55,257 bases of DNA from a virus (IMGVR_UViG_3300025325_000026:1-55257), one strand, 5' to 3'; shown: positions 38,758-49,998, counted from the stretch's first letter. Made by a program: numbers and translations. Notes: generated by a model not told the origin, from the letters alone.

Positions 38758-39068
38758 CAGAAGAACATTACAAGGCATCCGTAAATATGATTGAGAACGA
38801 TTATAGGGCCAAGCTTTTAGATCTCCACAGAAGGTTTGCAATTGATGCGACCAATATCGGCATTGGCGACATAATTCACGATGAGCCGTGCAATTTTTTT
38901 ATGTTGGTCGAGCAAATAAAAATACGACAACCGAGATGTAATCAAGAATTTCCAATTTGCACATTTTACGGAGAAAGACTTAGAAAGAATTTAACCCCGA
39001 CATCAAAATTATCACGTGAATATTCGGATGTGTCGCGCTGTAAATTAATCAGGAAGAAATTTATCTAA
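38754..39068 (+). CDS. Hypothetical protein
   Basis: ATGA overlap with upstream stop; GGAGG SD. Confidence 0.55.
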   Translation: MTEEHYKASVNMIENDYRAKLLDLHRRFAIDATNIGIGDIIHDEPCNFFMLVEQIKIRQPRCNQEFPICTFYGERLRKNLTPTSKLSREYSDVSRCKLIRKKFI

Positions 39069-39526
39069 AATATATTTAACAACTAATAAATACTAATTGG
39101 TTTATAAATTAGTAGCAAAATCAACGCTATTTAAAAATCAACAACTTAAGCCCAAATTTTGCAAATAAATATTTTTCGATCACCAAATAATTAACCATTC
39201 GAAGAGGTAAGAAATGTTGGTATGGATACGATTTACAGGAACCTTAAGGGTGATGACAGGTAAATCAAAACATTTTCAAAACCTTGATGATAGGTTGTGG
39301 TGCGGTGAATCCTTCTACGGATATTTTTATTTCGGATACTAACTAATTTTTAGAATCAAGAAAAAATACTGTGTTTTTACGTAGGGAATAGGTATATTTA
39401 TAGTTATGTTCCGCAACATAGAATCGAAAACTAACTCCGGGCTTTAGCATTGCCATACTCTATGGCTTTCCCCGAACGTCGGCGCGGAACCTGACAAGTA
39501 GGGGCCGGTATTTATATTGGATCATC

Positions 39527-40204
39527 ATGGGCTTTACAAAGCTTGACGATGGAATTTCAATGTCATCTATCATGTCTGAAGATGACTCCGTTTTTAAAGT
39601 GTGGATTTTAATTTTATCTCTTACCAAGCAAGATGGAATAGCTCCTATAAGTGCAATTGTTTTAGGTAAACTATCGTCTAAAAGTATGGATGAAATTGAT
39701 AGGTGCATCGATGTTCTATCTTCACCTGATAAATATTCAAGGACAAAAGATTTTGAAGGAAGAAGAATTGAAATAGTAAACGGTGGAATCAAGGTACTTA
39801 ATTATTTAAAATACCGAGAATTTTCATATTCTTCTAATCCTGAATCAGAGAGAAAAAGAGAATATAGAAAAAGAAAAAATACGGGACATGTCCCGGAATG
39901 TCCCGGACACTCTGCTTCTGCTTCTGCTTCTGCTTCTGCTTCTGCTTCTGCTTCTGGAACCAATATACCTCCAAGTCAAAACGAAGTTTTGTTGTATTGT
40001 AAAGAAAAGAACAACGAGGTTGATCCTGTAAAATTTTTCTCTTTTTACGAGTCAAAGGGGTGGATGGTAGGTAAAAATAAAATGAAAAACTGGCACATGT
40101 CGGTAGCTACATGGGTTAAGTCTGAACAAGAACAAAAAAAAGGTCAATATGCCGAACCTAAAAAACCACTTCCAATTTTAGATATTTTCGGAGATAAAAA
40201 ATAA
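39527..40204 (+). CDS. Phage replication initiator (lambda O-like architecture), probably containing ori
   Basis: GFTKLD N-terminus, low-complexity (SA)n linker from (TCTGCT)7 at 39911-39952, C-terminal F..FYESKGWMVGKNKMKNW. Confidence 0.85.
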   Translation: MGFTKLDDGISMSSIMSEDDSVFKVWILILSLTKQDGIAPISAIVLGKLSSKSMDEIDRCIDVLSSPDKYSRTKDFEGRRIEIVNGGIKVLNYLKYREFSYSSNPESERKREYRKRKNTGHVPECPGHSASASASASASASASGTNIPPSQNEVLLYCKEKNNEVDPVKFFSFYESKGWMVGKNKMKNWHMSVATWVKSEQEQKKGQYAEPKKPLPILDIFGDKK

Positions 40205-40749
40205 TGGGGAAAGAAGAATATAAAAATTCTGGAGTACCCGAACGGCATAAATCATTTCGACCGGTCACAGATAATAAAAATGAAAAATGGGGAAAAGTAT
40301 ACGATGCAATTAAAGAAAAAATACCTACAGGTGCAATTTTTGCCATTGTAGGTACTCGCGGAGCCGGTAAAACGCAGCTCGGGGCTTCGCTAGTTGGTTA
40401 CGTGGCTATGATACTTGATCGTGGTGTAATGTACCGCAAGGCGTTCGATGTTTTTTTAAGAATTCGCGAAGCAATGCACGAAAAAGGAGATTCTGAACAG
40501 GCTGCAGTAAAAGAATTTTCCAGACAATTTTTTTTAGTGATTGATGCATATGAGGTACGCGGAGAAACTGAATTTGAAAACAGAATCATGGACCACATTA
40601 TTGATTTAAGGTATGATGCAGTAAAGCCAACCCTAATAATTTCAAATGAAACACCAGAAAAATTTTCTAGTTCTGTGGGGCCGTCTATCATTGACAGAAT
40701 AAAAGAAACTGGTGGAATAATAGAAATGGACTGGGAATCTTTTAGATAG
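40204..40749 (+). CDS. DnaC/IstB-like helicase-loader ATPase
   Basis: GTRGAGKT Walker A, LVIDAY, IID.RY...PT.IISN, DRI. Confidence 0.9.
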   Translation: MGKEEYKNSGVPERHKSFRPVTDNKNEKWGKVYDAIKEKIPTGAIFAIVGTRGAGKTQLGASLVGYVAMILDRGVMYRKAFDVFLRIREAMHEKGDSEQAAVKEFSRQFFLVIDAYEVRGETEFENRIMDHIIDLRYDAVKPTLIISNETPEKFSSSVGPSIIDRIKETGGIIEMDWESFR

Positions 40750-41232
40750 CAACCGATCAATACAATTGTTTTAGAGGGGGCGAGTGATGAGAATTGGTGA
40801 AGTTAATAAATTAAGGTCCAAATTCGACAACCTTGGAAGGGTAGGAATATCAGAACGCGCAATTAAACTGATGAAAGATTTTGTTGAAAAAACACCTGAC
40901 GACGGCAGAGAGGCTTGCCATATTATCGGTAGGATGTATACTCTTTACACTTGTATTCCTAAGTTGGAATACTGGTGTGAAGTTGCTGATCGCGGAGTGA
41001 GTGCAGAATATGACAACATTGTTTACAATAAAGACCATGTGATATGAACCCACAATTCCAAGTCGAAAAATGGCTGAAAAGTGGAAACCGGATCACAGTG
41101 TTGTTATGTCTGCGTATTTTCAAAACTACCGAATTGCGCCGGATAATATCGAGGATGCCGTTTAAGGTGAATTCGGTTTGGATGGAAGAAAACGGGAAAA
41201 GGTTTAAGGTTTAATTTTTATAAAGGATTGTT

Positions 41233-41586
41233 ATGCCAGTATTTAAGCGAACAAAACATTTTTACACATGTTTTTTCAAATGCGGTAACAAGTCGCTGGA
41301 ATTTTCATCTATGGAACAACACGAAAAAATATGTTTTTGTAACCCAGAATCAAAAGCGTGTAGGACGTGCAAAAACTTAGAGCTTGGAGAAAACGAAGAA
41401 CGGTATATTTCCTGCGAAAAGGTCGGTCTTTTTTGTAACTTCGGAAATAAAAACGAGGTGTTTTCAATAGAAACAAACTCCATTACTTGGAATAGAATAG
41501 CACCTAAAGATCTATTTGAATATGAGGAAAGACCATTCCCCAAAAGGAATTGTGAGCTATACGAACAATCAGAAAAAAGATTTTAG
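41233..41586 (+). CDS. Cys-rich hypothetical protein
   Basis: HEKICFCNP..KACRTC. Confidence 0.55.
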   Translation: MPVFKRTKHFYTCFFKCGNKSLEFSSMEQHEKICFCNPESKACRTCKNLELGENEERYISCEKVGLFCNFGNKNEVFSIETNSITWNRIAPKDLFEYEERPFPKRNCELYEQSEKRF

Positions 41587-41908
41587 GTTTACTTTTTGTA
41601 GAATAGTAGGAATGTTTTTATGGTTACCACATACTCTGATAGGCAAGAATGCCCGAAGCGATTTTTTAGTATCAGCGGCAGGGTTATAAAATATGGTACG
41701 GTTGCTTGCGCAGCGATGAAATACATAAGCGACCTATGCAAAGATTGTGAAATAAAAAAAATAGAGGAATTAGAACGAAGGATTATTCGTAATTAAAACA
41801 TTGTCAACTAAAACCGTTACCACGAAAGTGTAAAAGGGTTTGAGTCATCAACTGGAGATAAATGGGAAGACGCTGTTGCTGCTCACGAAAAAGTCAGAAA
41901 GATGATAT

Positions 41909-42241
41909 ATGAAAAAATCAATTCGTGATGCTGTATATAATAAATATGGTGGCAGGTGCGCATATTGTGGTGTTGAGATCGATATTGTAAATATGCAGGT
42001 TGATCATATAAAATCAAGGCGCGGATATCCTGAAGAGTCTGAAGATCTTGACAACATGAATCCCGCTTGCCCCATTTGTAACAACTGGAAGCACTCTGAC
42101 AATATTGAATCGTTTAGAAAAAGCCTACAATCGCAAGTCAGGAAGTGCCGGGATTATTCAAGAAATTTTAGAATGGCCGAAAGGTATAGTTTGGTCGTAG
42201 AAACCTACAAGCCAATTGTGTTTTATTTCGAAACGATTTAA
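41909..42241 (+). CDS. HNH endonuclease
   Basis: KYGGRCAYCG, MQVDH, PACPICNNWK. Confidence 0.92.
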   Translation: MKKSIRDAVYNKYGGRCAYCGVEIDIVNMQVDHIKSRRGYPEESEDLDNMNPACPICNNWKHSDNIESFRKSLQSQVRKCRDYSRNFRMAERYSLVVETYKPIVFYFETI

Positions 42242-44095
42242 AAATGTACGAATATGAAAATTTGAGGCGCGTAGTATACGAAGGTGGAGCTACATTCGTT
42301 CCGGTGTGTCCTAACTGCGGAAGGTTTGTAAAAGCTGACAAGGTAATAATTACTAATGAAAAGGTCGGTTTAATCGACAAATTAAACGCAACTTGTAAAA
42401 AATGCGGCAGAGTCGAAATGCCGTTCGAGGGGTTTTTGTGAAAGATAAATTAAGAGCCGGCCAGAATGTTATTCTTACAAAAGAACATACCGGTGTACAA
42501 TTTGAACGCAAAATAAAGAGAGTCGGAAGGTCGTATTTTTATGTGGACAATCCAGAACATCCAAATAAATGTGAGATACAAGTAAGGATAAAAGATTTAA
42601 GTTGCTGCAATATACAGTTTTGGGAAAAGTATAAAGTGTCAGTAATCGAATAGGAGTAACTTTGAGGTATTTTTATGACTAAAAAACAGATTGAAAAAAT
42701 GGCAAGGCGAATACAAAAGGACTATTCCAGGATACCGTTTGAATTGTTTTCCGTACGGCTAAAGACACTTTTTGTTTTCTTCGCCGCTTGGCATATTAAG
42801 AACACTGCGAAAAAGAAAAAGGTAAAGTCTATTGACCACTCACATTTTTGCGGCCAGTGGGTAGGTTGCGATAAAATAAATTGTGGAAAATGCGAACGTA
42901 TTTTTGATGCCATAATAAAATTCATCAAAGAACAGGAATAAGAATGCACGAAGTAATAATAGTAATAAGCAAGGCCGCGAATGCTATACGCGAGGCAATT
43001 GGAACCATTGAGCGCGGGGTTGCAACAGGAAAGATTTGCCCGACATGCGGAGGATCTGTTCGAGTTGTTGGTGATGAAACAAAGCATTATAATGCTGTTG
43101 ACTGCGTCGTGATTCCTCTTGAGATTCCAGGGTCTTGTGAAAACTGCTTTTTAAGTGCTGCCTGTCCTAAAAATTTTAATACCTGCGGATGTGATACGTG
43201 TAAAGTAATATGGAACAAAATAATCGATCACTACAAAAAATGACACCGGAACGAATATCTGACTGGAAAAAAATTCTCTCAATGTATACCGATGATCACA
43301 TTGAGAAAATAAAATATTTAAAACTTATCGAAAGGTTTGAAAATGACAAGTGTCGTAAAACAGATAAGTGTCGTAAAACAGATTCAAGTTTGCATAATGC
43401 CAAATGAGTGTCCAGCGGCGTGTGGTTTTTTTTCTGAAAATTCTATATACTATAATCCTGACAACAAATACGAAATTTTTCAGTGCACTCAGCCAGAGGT
43501 ATGTACTTGTCCATTTTTAAAACCGGCAATACTCAAAATAGAATTCGAGGAAAATATAAAATAATTTGCGCTTTTGATTTGAAATATCGTATATTATTAT
43601 TACGTTTGAAAACTTGAGACAATCAAAAAAGTAAAATCCGGTTCCCGGTTGCACCACCTCCACTTAAGGCGTTTCCCTCAAGTTTTCGCCAGATGGACGG
43701 TGCCGCCGGGGATCTTTAACTTGAGGAAGTATTGTATGAGCGGATGGGGTTACGGCGATATATATCCAGAATACAACCCTGGCGCTATTTCGAACCACAC
43801 CCACCCGAACGACCCGGCATCATCGGAATCGCCTTACTGCTTGGGTTGCCAAGAAAACCTATCTGAAAGCAACGTAACCGAACTATCGGCAAAAGAAAAT
43901 CTTTGTGTTGATTGCTACCCGTTGCACGTCGATTGCTGCCCGGATATTCTCAAACCTTTTTTTGATGAGATAAGATCGAATCTTATTAATATGCCGCCTG
44001 GGAATAAGGATTCGATCTTGATCCGGTTAAGGGCTATTGAAGATTACATGAAGGAAAATTGTTTTTCGTCACAATAAATTTTATGGAGTATCAGT

Positions 44096-44530
44096 ATGGG
44101 ATGTTTAAAGTGCGGTGGAGATTGGGGTCAAAATTATGAATACTGTGCCCCAAATCAAAGCGAGGAAAAAATAGAATACCCGTTATATCCAGAATTGTCA
44201 AATGGCGCAAAAATAGAAGCAGAAGCACTCATTGCTGATTTCAAGAAAAAACTTTCAAAGGCGGCAGACGAAGCGATAGGAAAATTGTACTGCAACATTG
44301 TCCCATTTATTGAATCGGATTCGTGGAGTAATTTTAGAAACCAGATCATGGATGGATTCAAAAATTACGACAACAGAAAAATACAGGGCGAATATGATTT
44401 TTCTGAGATAAGGAAACAAATTTTTATTCAGTTCCGGGAGGAAATAATTTCAGAACTTAATCAAGACCTTGTTGACGAAAATAACAAGTTAAAAAACAGA
44501 ATTGAAGAACTTTTGAAATGTAAATTTTAA
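44096..44530 (+). CDS. Hypothetical protein
   Basis: GGAG SD; coiled-coil C-terminus. Confidence 0.6.
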   Translation: MGCLKCGGDWGQNYEYCAPNQSEEKIEYPLYPELSNGAKIEAEALIADFKKKLSKAADEAIGKLYCNIVPFIESDSWSNFRNQIMDGFKNYDNRKIQGEYDFSEIRKQIFIQFREEIISELNQDLVDENNKLKNRIEELLKCKF

Positions 44531-44544
44531 CGAAGGGGAATGTT

Positions 44545-45405
44545 GTGGAAGTAAAATCTTTAGAAATAGAGCACAAGGTAGGAATTTTTACAGACGAATC
44601 AGAAGAAATGATTCGATATGTAAAAGCGTGGTCAAAGTCTTCTCTCGATCATGTAAACCGCTCTATGATGCACTATTTCCATAACAAAAATAATCCCAAA
44701 CCTCAAACCGATTCAATGATTTTAGGTTCGGCCTTTCATTGCTTATCGCTTACTCCAGACAAGTTTAAAGATAAATTTGCGATAGCCCCGAAGGTTGATA
44801 GAAGAACAAACGCTGGTAAGGCAACATGGGAAGGTTTTATTACTGAAAATAAAGGCAAAACAATTCTCACTGAAGAAGACGGCGCAAGGTCTGAAGCCAT
44901 GTCCAAGGCTCTATTAACACACCCTGACGCCTTAGAAATATTGTCATGCGGAGAGCCCGAAGTGGCAATGTTTTGGATTAATAAACAGACGGGCCTTAAG
45001 TGTAAGGGTAAAGTTGACTACCTAAGAAACGACCATGTTATTGTAGAACTCAAAAAAACATCGGATGCATCGTACCATGAATTTCAAAGAAAAATTAACG
45101 AATATAGATACCATGTTCAAGGGGCTTTTTATCTTGATGGGTATTATGAAGCAACAGGAAAATACATAACAGATTTTTATATAATTGTTCAAGAAGATAA
45201 CGCCCCATACGCAACGGCAATATACAAACTCGGGCCGAAATCACTTGATGCAGGACGAAGAGAATACGAAGCCGATCTAAAGCGCATTGTGGATTATGAA
45301 TTATTATCTGAAGAGGATAAGTGGTCTGGCTATCCAAGGGGGGCAACAGTTATTGAAATGCCGTATTGGGCAATGCAAAAAACATTGCACGGAAACAATT
45401 TTTAA
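44545..45405 (+). CDS. RecE-like PD-(D/E)xK exonuclease (DUF3799-like)
   Basis: SKSSLD, GSAFH, KCKGKVD...VELKKT, YHVQGAFY. Confidence 0.9.
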   Translation: MEVKSLEIEHKVGIFTDESEEMIRYVKAWSKSSLDHVNRSMMHYFHNKNNPKPQTDSMILGSAFHCLSLTPDKFKDKFAIAPKVDRRTNAGKATWEGFITENKGKTILTEEDGARSEAMSKALLTHPDALEILSCGEPEVAMFWINKQTGLKCKGKVDYLRNDHVIVELKKTSDASYHEFQRKINEYRYHVQGAFYLDGYYEATGKYITDFYIIVQEDNAPYATAIYKLGPKSLDAGRREYEADLKRIVDYELLSEEDKWSGYPRGATVIEMPYWAMQKTLHGNNF

Positions 45406-45417
45406 TAAGGGGAAAAC

Positions 45418-46083
45418 ATGGCAACAACAGTAATGATTCAAGGTGATAGTGGCACAGGAAAGAGCGCGTCATTAAGAAGTCTCGAAAAAGAAAAAACGGT
45501 ATTAATAAACGTGCTCGGGAAGCCGCTTCCATTCAAAGGCGGCAATTCCATAGATTCGATAACTACTGACGAACCAAAAAAAATAGATGACGCCCTACTA
45601 AAAATAAGCAACAGCGAAAAAAGAAAAGAAAAGCAAATAATAATCGTTGACGATTTTCAATACATAATGGCAAATATGTACATGAAAAGCCTGCTTGACC
45701 CGAAGACAAAAGATAGTGAATTCCAAAAGTATAAAGAAATTGGACATGCTGCATGGAATAACATACGAACTGCACAATCATTGCGTGATGATATTGTTGT
45801 GTTCTTTCTTACGCATACCGAAATAGACGCCAACGGAAAAACGAAGTGCAAGACCATCGGCAAAATGCTTGATGAAAAAATAGTCCTTGAGGGAATGTTT
45901 ACAATTGTTCTTAACACTGTAATTCATCCCGACAAACATGGCGACGAAAGGTATTGCTTCCAGACGCAAAACAACGGAAACAACACAACCAAAAGCCCTA
46001 TGGGTATGTTCGAAACAGAAGAAATTATAAACGATCTACAAATAGTAGTCAATTCAATCAAATCTTATTACGGAGGTGTTTAA
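45418..46083 (+). CDS. Sak4-like P-loop ATPase recombinase
   Basis: GDSGTGKS, IVDDFQY, KTIGKMLDEK, KSPMGMF. Confidence 0.88.
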   Translation: MATTVMIQGDSGTGKSASLRSLEKEKTVLINVLGKPLPFKGGNSIDSITTDEPKKIDDALLKISNSEKRKEKQIIIVDDFQYIMANMYMKSLLDPKTKDSEFQKYKEIGHAAWNNIRTAQSLRDDIVVFFLTHTEIDANGKTKCKTIGKMLDEKIVLEGMFTIVLNTVIHPDKHGDERYCFQTQNNGNNTTKSPMGMFETEEIINDLQIVVNSIKSYYGGV

Positions 46084-46646
46084 TGGGTTACACGTTTGAC
46101 GAAAATCGGGCGCTCAAGGCGGATGACGGTGGCTACATTTCTACAGGGGGTATTTATGTTGGACACATATCTGAAATGGTTGCATTCAACCTTGATTCCG
46201 GCGCTGGTGGTGTTGAGTTATCATTCGAATCCATCGGAGGAGAGCGATGTAGCTTTGTAACCGTTTACACCAAAAACAAAAACGGTTCGGAAAACTTCGC
46301 AAAAGGAAAGATTGATTCCATGATTGGAATACTTGGTCTTTCAGAAGTTCCGCATGTCAAAAATGGCGAAAAAATAACCTTTCCTTCGGTTTGCAATAAA
46401 CCTATCGCATTTGCTCTTCAGCGAGAGGATTATATCAAACAGGATCAGACAATTGGATGGAAAATGAACCTCCTTCATTTTTTCTATGCCGACACCCTTC
46501 AAACATTCAAAGAAAGAAAAGAAAACAAACCGGCTTCGGTATCAAAAAGAGAAATAAAGGACGCCTTAATAAATACCGAATCAAAACAGACAAGTAATGC
46601 AGCCAAAGCGTTCGTATTGCAAGACAATGACGATTTACCGTTCTAA
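46083..46646 (+). CDS. Phage single-stranded DNA-binding protein (putative)
   Basis: Follows Sak4-like gene; C-terminal DDLPF tail. Confidence 0.75.
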   Translation: MGYTFDENRALKADDGGYISTGGIYVGHISEMVAFNLDSGAGGVELSFESIGGERCSFVTVYTKNKNGSENFAKGKIDSMIGILGLSEVPHVKNGEKITFPSVCNKPIAFALQREDYIKQDQTIGWKMNLLHFFYADTLQTFKERKENKPASVSKREIKDALINTESKQTSNAAKAFVLQDNDDLPF

Positions 46647-46760
46647 TAAACAACCCCCACCCTTTCCGGAACCACATTGGCAGTCAGTGTGATTGACATT
46701 CCCCTGTCTCCGGGTAGGGATGGGGGAATTTAATATAACACATCAAACGAAAGGATATTT

Positions 46761-47141
46761 TTGCCTACTCCAAATCCAAAAAAAAGACTCCTGTTTCATC
46801 AGGTGTGCGAGGGCGATTTCACCCGCGACGCTCAAATGGAGTTCGAAAAGATGCAGCAGCTTTTCGACAGGACAAATCAAAAGGTAACGATGACCATGAA
46901 GATTTCCCTTCTTCCGGTCAGCGTAAAAAAGGGAATGCCTGACCAGTTCAAGGAGATCGATTACGAAATTACTCCGGCAATTGTCAAACGGGTATCCGAA
47001 AAATATGTTGTCGAAGTCAACAGCGACGGCGTAATAATCGGGGATGGAAAAACAATCAGCGACATTCTTCAGGAAGAACTCTGTGATGAGGATACCGGAG
47101 AGAGTGTCATTGCATTCGCAAAGAAAGCGGGAGGTCAATAA
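46761..47141 (+). CDS. Hypothetical protein (partner of DUF2303-like gene)
   Basis: Stop overlaps start of next gene. Confidence 0.55.
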   Translation: MPTPNPKKRLLFHQVCEGDFTRDAQMEFEKMQQLFDRTNQKVTMTMKISLLPVSVKKGMPDQFKEIDYEITPAIVKRVSEKYVVEVNSDGVIIGDGKTISDILQEELCDEDTGESVIAFAKKAGGQ

Positions 47142-47902
47142 TGGCAGAGGTTGAAAAAGTAACCGTCATAGCAAAAGATGGAAACGCAACAGTGCTTACC
47201 GGAAAACGGCACGTCGAACTTATCGACAAGTCGTTCGCACGGTTCACCACAAAGCGCCTTGGGTCGTTCACGAAATACCTGAATGACAACAAGGATGTAC
47301 CGGGAAACGTGTTTGTCGGGGAGTTGTCGGCGGATGCCTTGGAAGGCTCTGTCAACCGCGATACGGTTCCGTTCGCCAAATTTGAAACCAGCCACACGAA
47401 ATTTATTTCCATTCTTTCCCGGCTTGGTTCAGGTGATCCAGTTTCAATTGAATCGCTTGAATCGACCCTGTTCTCGATTCTCGAATACGGCGACGTCGAA
47501 GTTGTGAAGCTGTATAACTTCACACGCAACTGCAACATCAAAGCGTTGTCAGAAATCAACAGAACGATATCCGACAACGGCGACTTTAATGTTGTGTACA
47601 AGCGCGAAGGGCAGGGCGACAAAACGGTTCGCCCGGTTGAAAAGATCACCTTTACCGTTCCCGTTCTTGAACTTCACAACGAAACGGTATCGTTCGCCTT
47701 TAAGGTGTCGATGGATTACAAGACCGATAACGGAATCAAGGTTTCGTTCAAGATTACCAACTACCAGTTTTCCGAGGAGGTTGAACGGGCTGTGTCCGGC
47801 ATCATCGAAAAACATCTCGGTGAAATTGTCGGGAGGGAAGTCTATTATGGCCAGAAGTCGGTTGTCGTAAAAGATGACTCGTGGAAGTACAAGGTATTGT
47901 AA
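47141..47902 (+). CDS. DUF2303/YfdQ-like protein (tentative)
   Basis: L.SFTKY, ITFTVPV, VYYG terminal motifs. Confidence 0.45.
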   Translation: MAEVEKVTVIAKDGNATVLTGKRHVELIDKSFARFTTKRLGSFTKYLNDNKDVPGNVFVGELSADALEGSVNRDTVPFAKFETSHTKFISILSRLGSGDPVSIESLESTLFSILEYGDVEVVKLYNFTRNCNIKALSEINRTISDNGDFNVVYKREGQGDKTVRPVEKITFTVPVLELHNETVSFAFKVSMDYKTDNGIKVSFKITNYQFSEEVERAVSGIIEKHLGEIVGREVYYGQKSVVVKDDSWKYKVL

Positions 47903-47942
47903 AAACATCTCCGTCCAAGTTCGAAATAAGCATGGAGCGAAG

Positions 47943-47975
47943 TTCCCCGGTACGGACGGGCCGGGGAGTTTTTTT
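47943..47975 (+). terminator. Rho-independent terminator
   Basis: CCCCGG...CCGGGG stem followed by a T7 run. Confidence 0.7.
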
Positions 47976-47986
47976 GAGGTGAAAAT

Positions 47987-48382
47987 ATGAGTGAAATTAA
48001 AAAATACATCTGCCTTGGCACCGAAAAGGTTCGAGAAATAATCAATGCAGAAAAAACAATATCGATCGATATCGATGCAAGTGGAATATCTCTTGGTGAT
48101 ATCATAGGCGTTCGCGAAGGGTGGGCGCCGTTTTATTATGGAGGCGAATACACATCAGTTGTTTACTCTGCCGACAAGATTGACAATACAAAAACAGATA
48201 TGTACTACAGAAAGTTGATTATGGTTTCGATTCCAGAGTCTAAAAGAAAAAAAATAACAGGAACCTTAGCTAATAACAACGAGGTTTTTTCACCTGAAAC
48301 TCTGCCTGATGAGCTAGTGAGAATATTCCTAAGAGTTATATATGTAGGCGGTAGGATAGAAGCAGTAAGGGTAAATCAATAA
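47987..48382 (+). CDS. ASCH-like hypothetical protein
   Basis: GDIIGVREGW...Y.AD...RIFL.V. Confidence 0.5.
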   Translation: MSEIKKYICLGTEKVREIINAEKTISIDIDASGISLGDIIGVREGWAPFYYGGEYTSVVYSADKIDNTKTDMYYRKLIMVSIPESKRKKITGTLANNNEVFSPETLPDELVRIFLRVIYVGGRIEAVRVNQ

Positions 48383-49024
48383 GTGGCTTGTTTTGGTGGT
48401 GATCAAACCAATTGCGGAACTTATAACAAAGGATAAAACTGCATGCCTTTAAAAAAGTCTAATGGAAATATGTATCCGTGGGTTACGCACACACCAAAGA
48501 ATTTAATAGTGAAAACGACGGTAAAAAGAAAATTGATATTTTAGATAGGCGCGAAGTTCTTCTTAAAAAAATAAACTACCACAACAATGAGTGGATGTTG
48601 ATTAATAAAAAATACGAAGAGGGGCAACGAATATATAATATGGCGATGGAAATGCAGAAAAATGGCAAGTAAGATAGATTATGCGGGAATAGCTCATGAA
48701 ATATGGGCAGCTTCACAGCTTGCACAAGATGAAGGAATAGAAGATAGTGTTGGTAGGATAGAGGAGATTTTGAGAAGGGAATTTGATAATGAAGCGAAAG
48801 GCACTGTTCGAAAGACTTGAAGACAAGTTCAAACAAGAGGAAAAAAATATTAATGAGTGCGCAAGAATTATATATTCTGGAATTGGATATCATGTTGAAG
48901 AAGGGTATGATTTTTCAACTGCAAACCACCCACAAGAAAAAGCGTGCTACGCACTCGCGATAAAAACATTTAACTTTTGGCAGGGCAAGTTAATGGTCAA
49001 CGGCAAAAAAAAGGATAACGGCCG

Positions 49025-49405
49025 TTGAGTATAAAATCTCTTGCAGACATAGAAAATACCGGATACCCTGAATACATCAAGGAGCAGCTGCGCTGTGGAT
49101 TCTCAGAAAAAAAGAGTCGAAATAGAGCTTCCGATACCACTTCCGACGTGGAACTTCCTTTTTGCCGCAAATCCGTTTGTAAGAATGCGAGTGCGACATT
49201 TAATACATCTGTTCGTATCGATATATATTCTACCAGAAAACGAAAGACCGACATTGACAACATTTCAGGGAAAGCTGCACTCGATGGAATCATTGAAAGC
49301 GGTTTACTTATCGATGATTCGCCCGACCAGATCGAAAGCTACCAAGTTCACAAGCCGAAAATATCGAACAAAGAAAAAACGTTAATAGTAATCGAACAAA
49401 TATGA
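49025..49405 (+). CDS. rusA: RusA-like Holliday junction resolvase (catalytic C-terminal part; N-terminus may lie in another frame)
   Basis: DIDNISGKAALDGI..SGLLIDD catalytic motif. Confidence 0.8.
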   Translation: MSIKSLADIENTGYPEYIKEQLRCGFSEKKSRNRASDTTSDVELPFCRKSVCKNASATFNTSVRIDIYSTRKRKTDIDNISGKAALDGIIESGLLIDDSPDQIESYQVHKPKISNKEKTLIVIEQI

Positions 49406-49625
49406 AGCGAATACTGTTCTATAATTGACAGATGCAGGTATTAAATTGCAAACATTTCTTTTACGCGATCTATTTTTATTTTTCTACGGCGCGATTTTAT
49501 CAAGACCCGTTAGTACATCTTTAGCTATAAAAAATAAACAATTTTTGTCGTGCACAACAGGTAAACTACGACCGTATCTTACCGAGAAGGGCAATCTATT
49601 TACTATGTACACGCGCCACTCCAAT

Positions 49626-49847
49626 TCAAAAGCCGGTTTCATTTCCGGCAGCGGCACACTTGGGGCACAAATGTTTCTTTTTGATGGACCAACCCTCATT
49701 TTTTAATAACTTACGCAATAAATCCCCTTTTGGTGTGCCCCTACATTTACCCGGCCCCCACGCGAGTCCGTTTCCGCACTTATCGCACCTTAAAACAGAT
49801 TCAGCCGATTTAACCCCAAATGTCTCACGTATGGTATACTCTATCAT
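49626..49847 (-). CDS. Zn-finger protein (paralog of 38380-38757)
   Basis: Same CDKC...HLCP core; AAGGGG SD. Confidence 0.7.
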   Translation of the reverse strand: MIEYTIRETFGVKSAESVLRCDKCGNGLAWGPGKCRGTPKGDLLRKLLKNEGWSIKKKHLCPKCAAAGNETGF

Positions 49848-49998
49848 TTGTTGCCCCTTATCCGCACCTCTAATATCAATATGATTGTATAATAAACAAC
49901 CTCTCCCGGCCGCAATGACCCGCGAAGATTATGCATCGATTTGGGAATCGATTGCCGGGAGAGATTAAGGTTTCGTGACTTCGCGGGTCAGTTGTTAA

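Noticed and set aside
43348-43383. 18-bp tandem duplication (AAGTGTCGTAAAACAGAT x2)
   Set aside because: Simple in-frame slippage in a small ORF with no further structure
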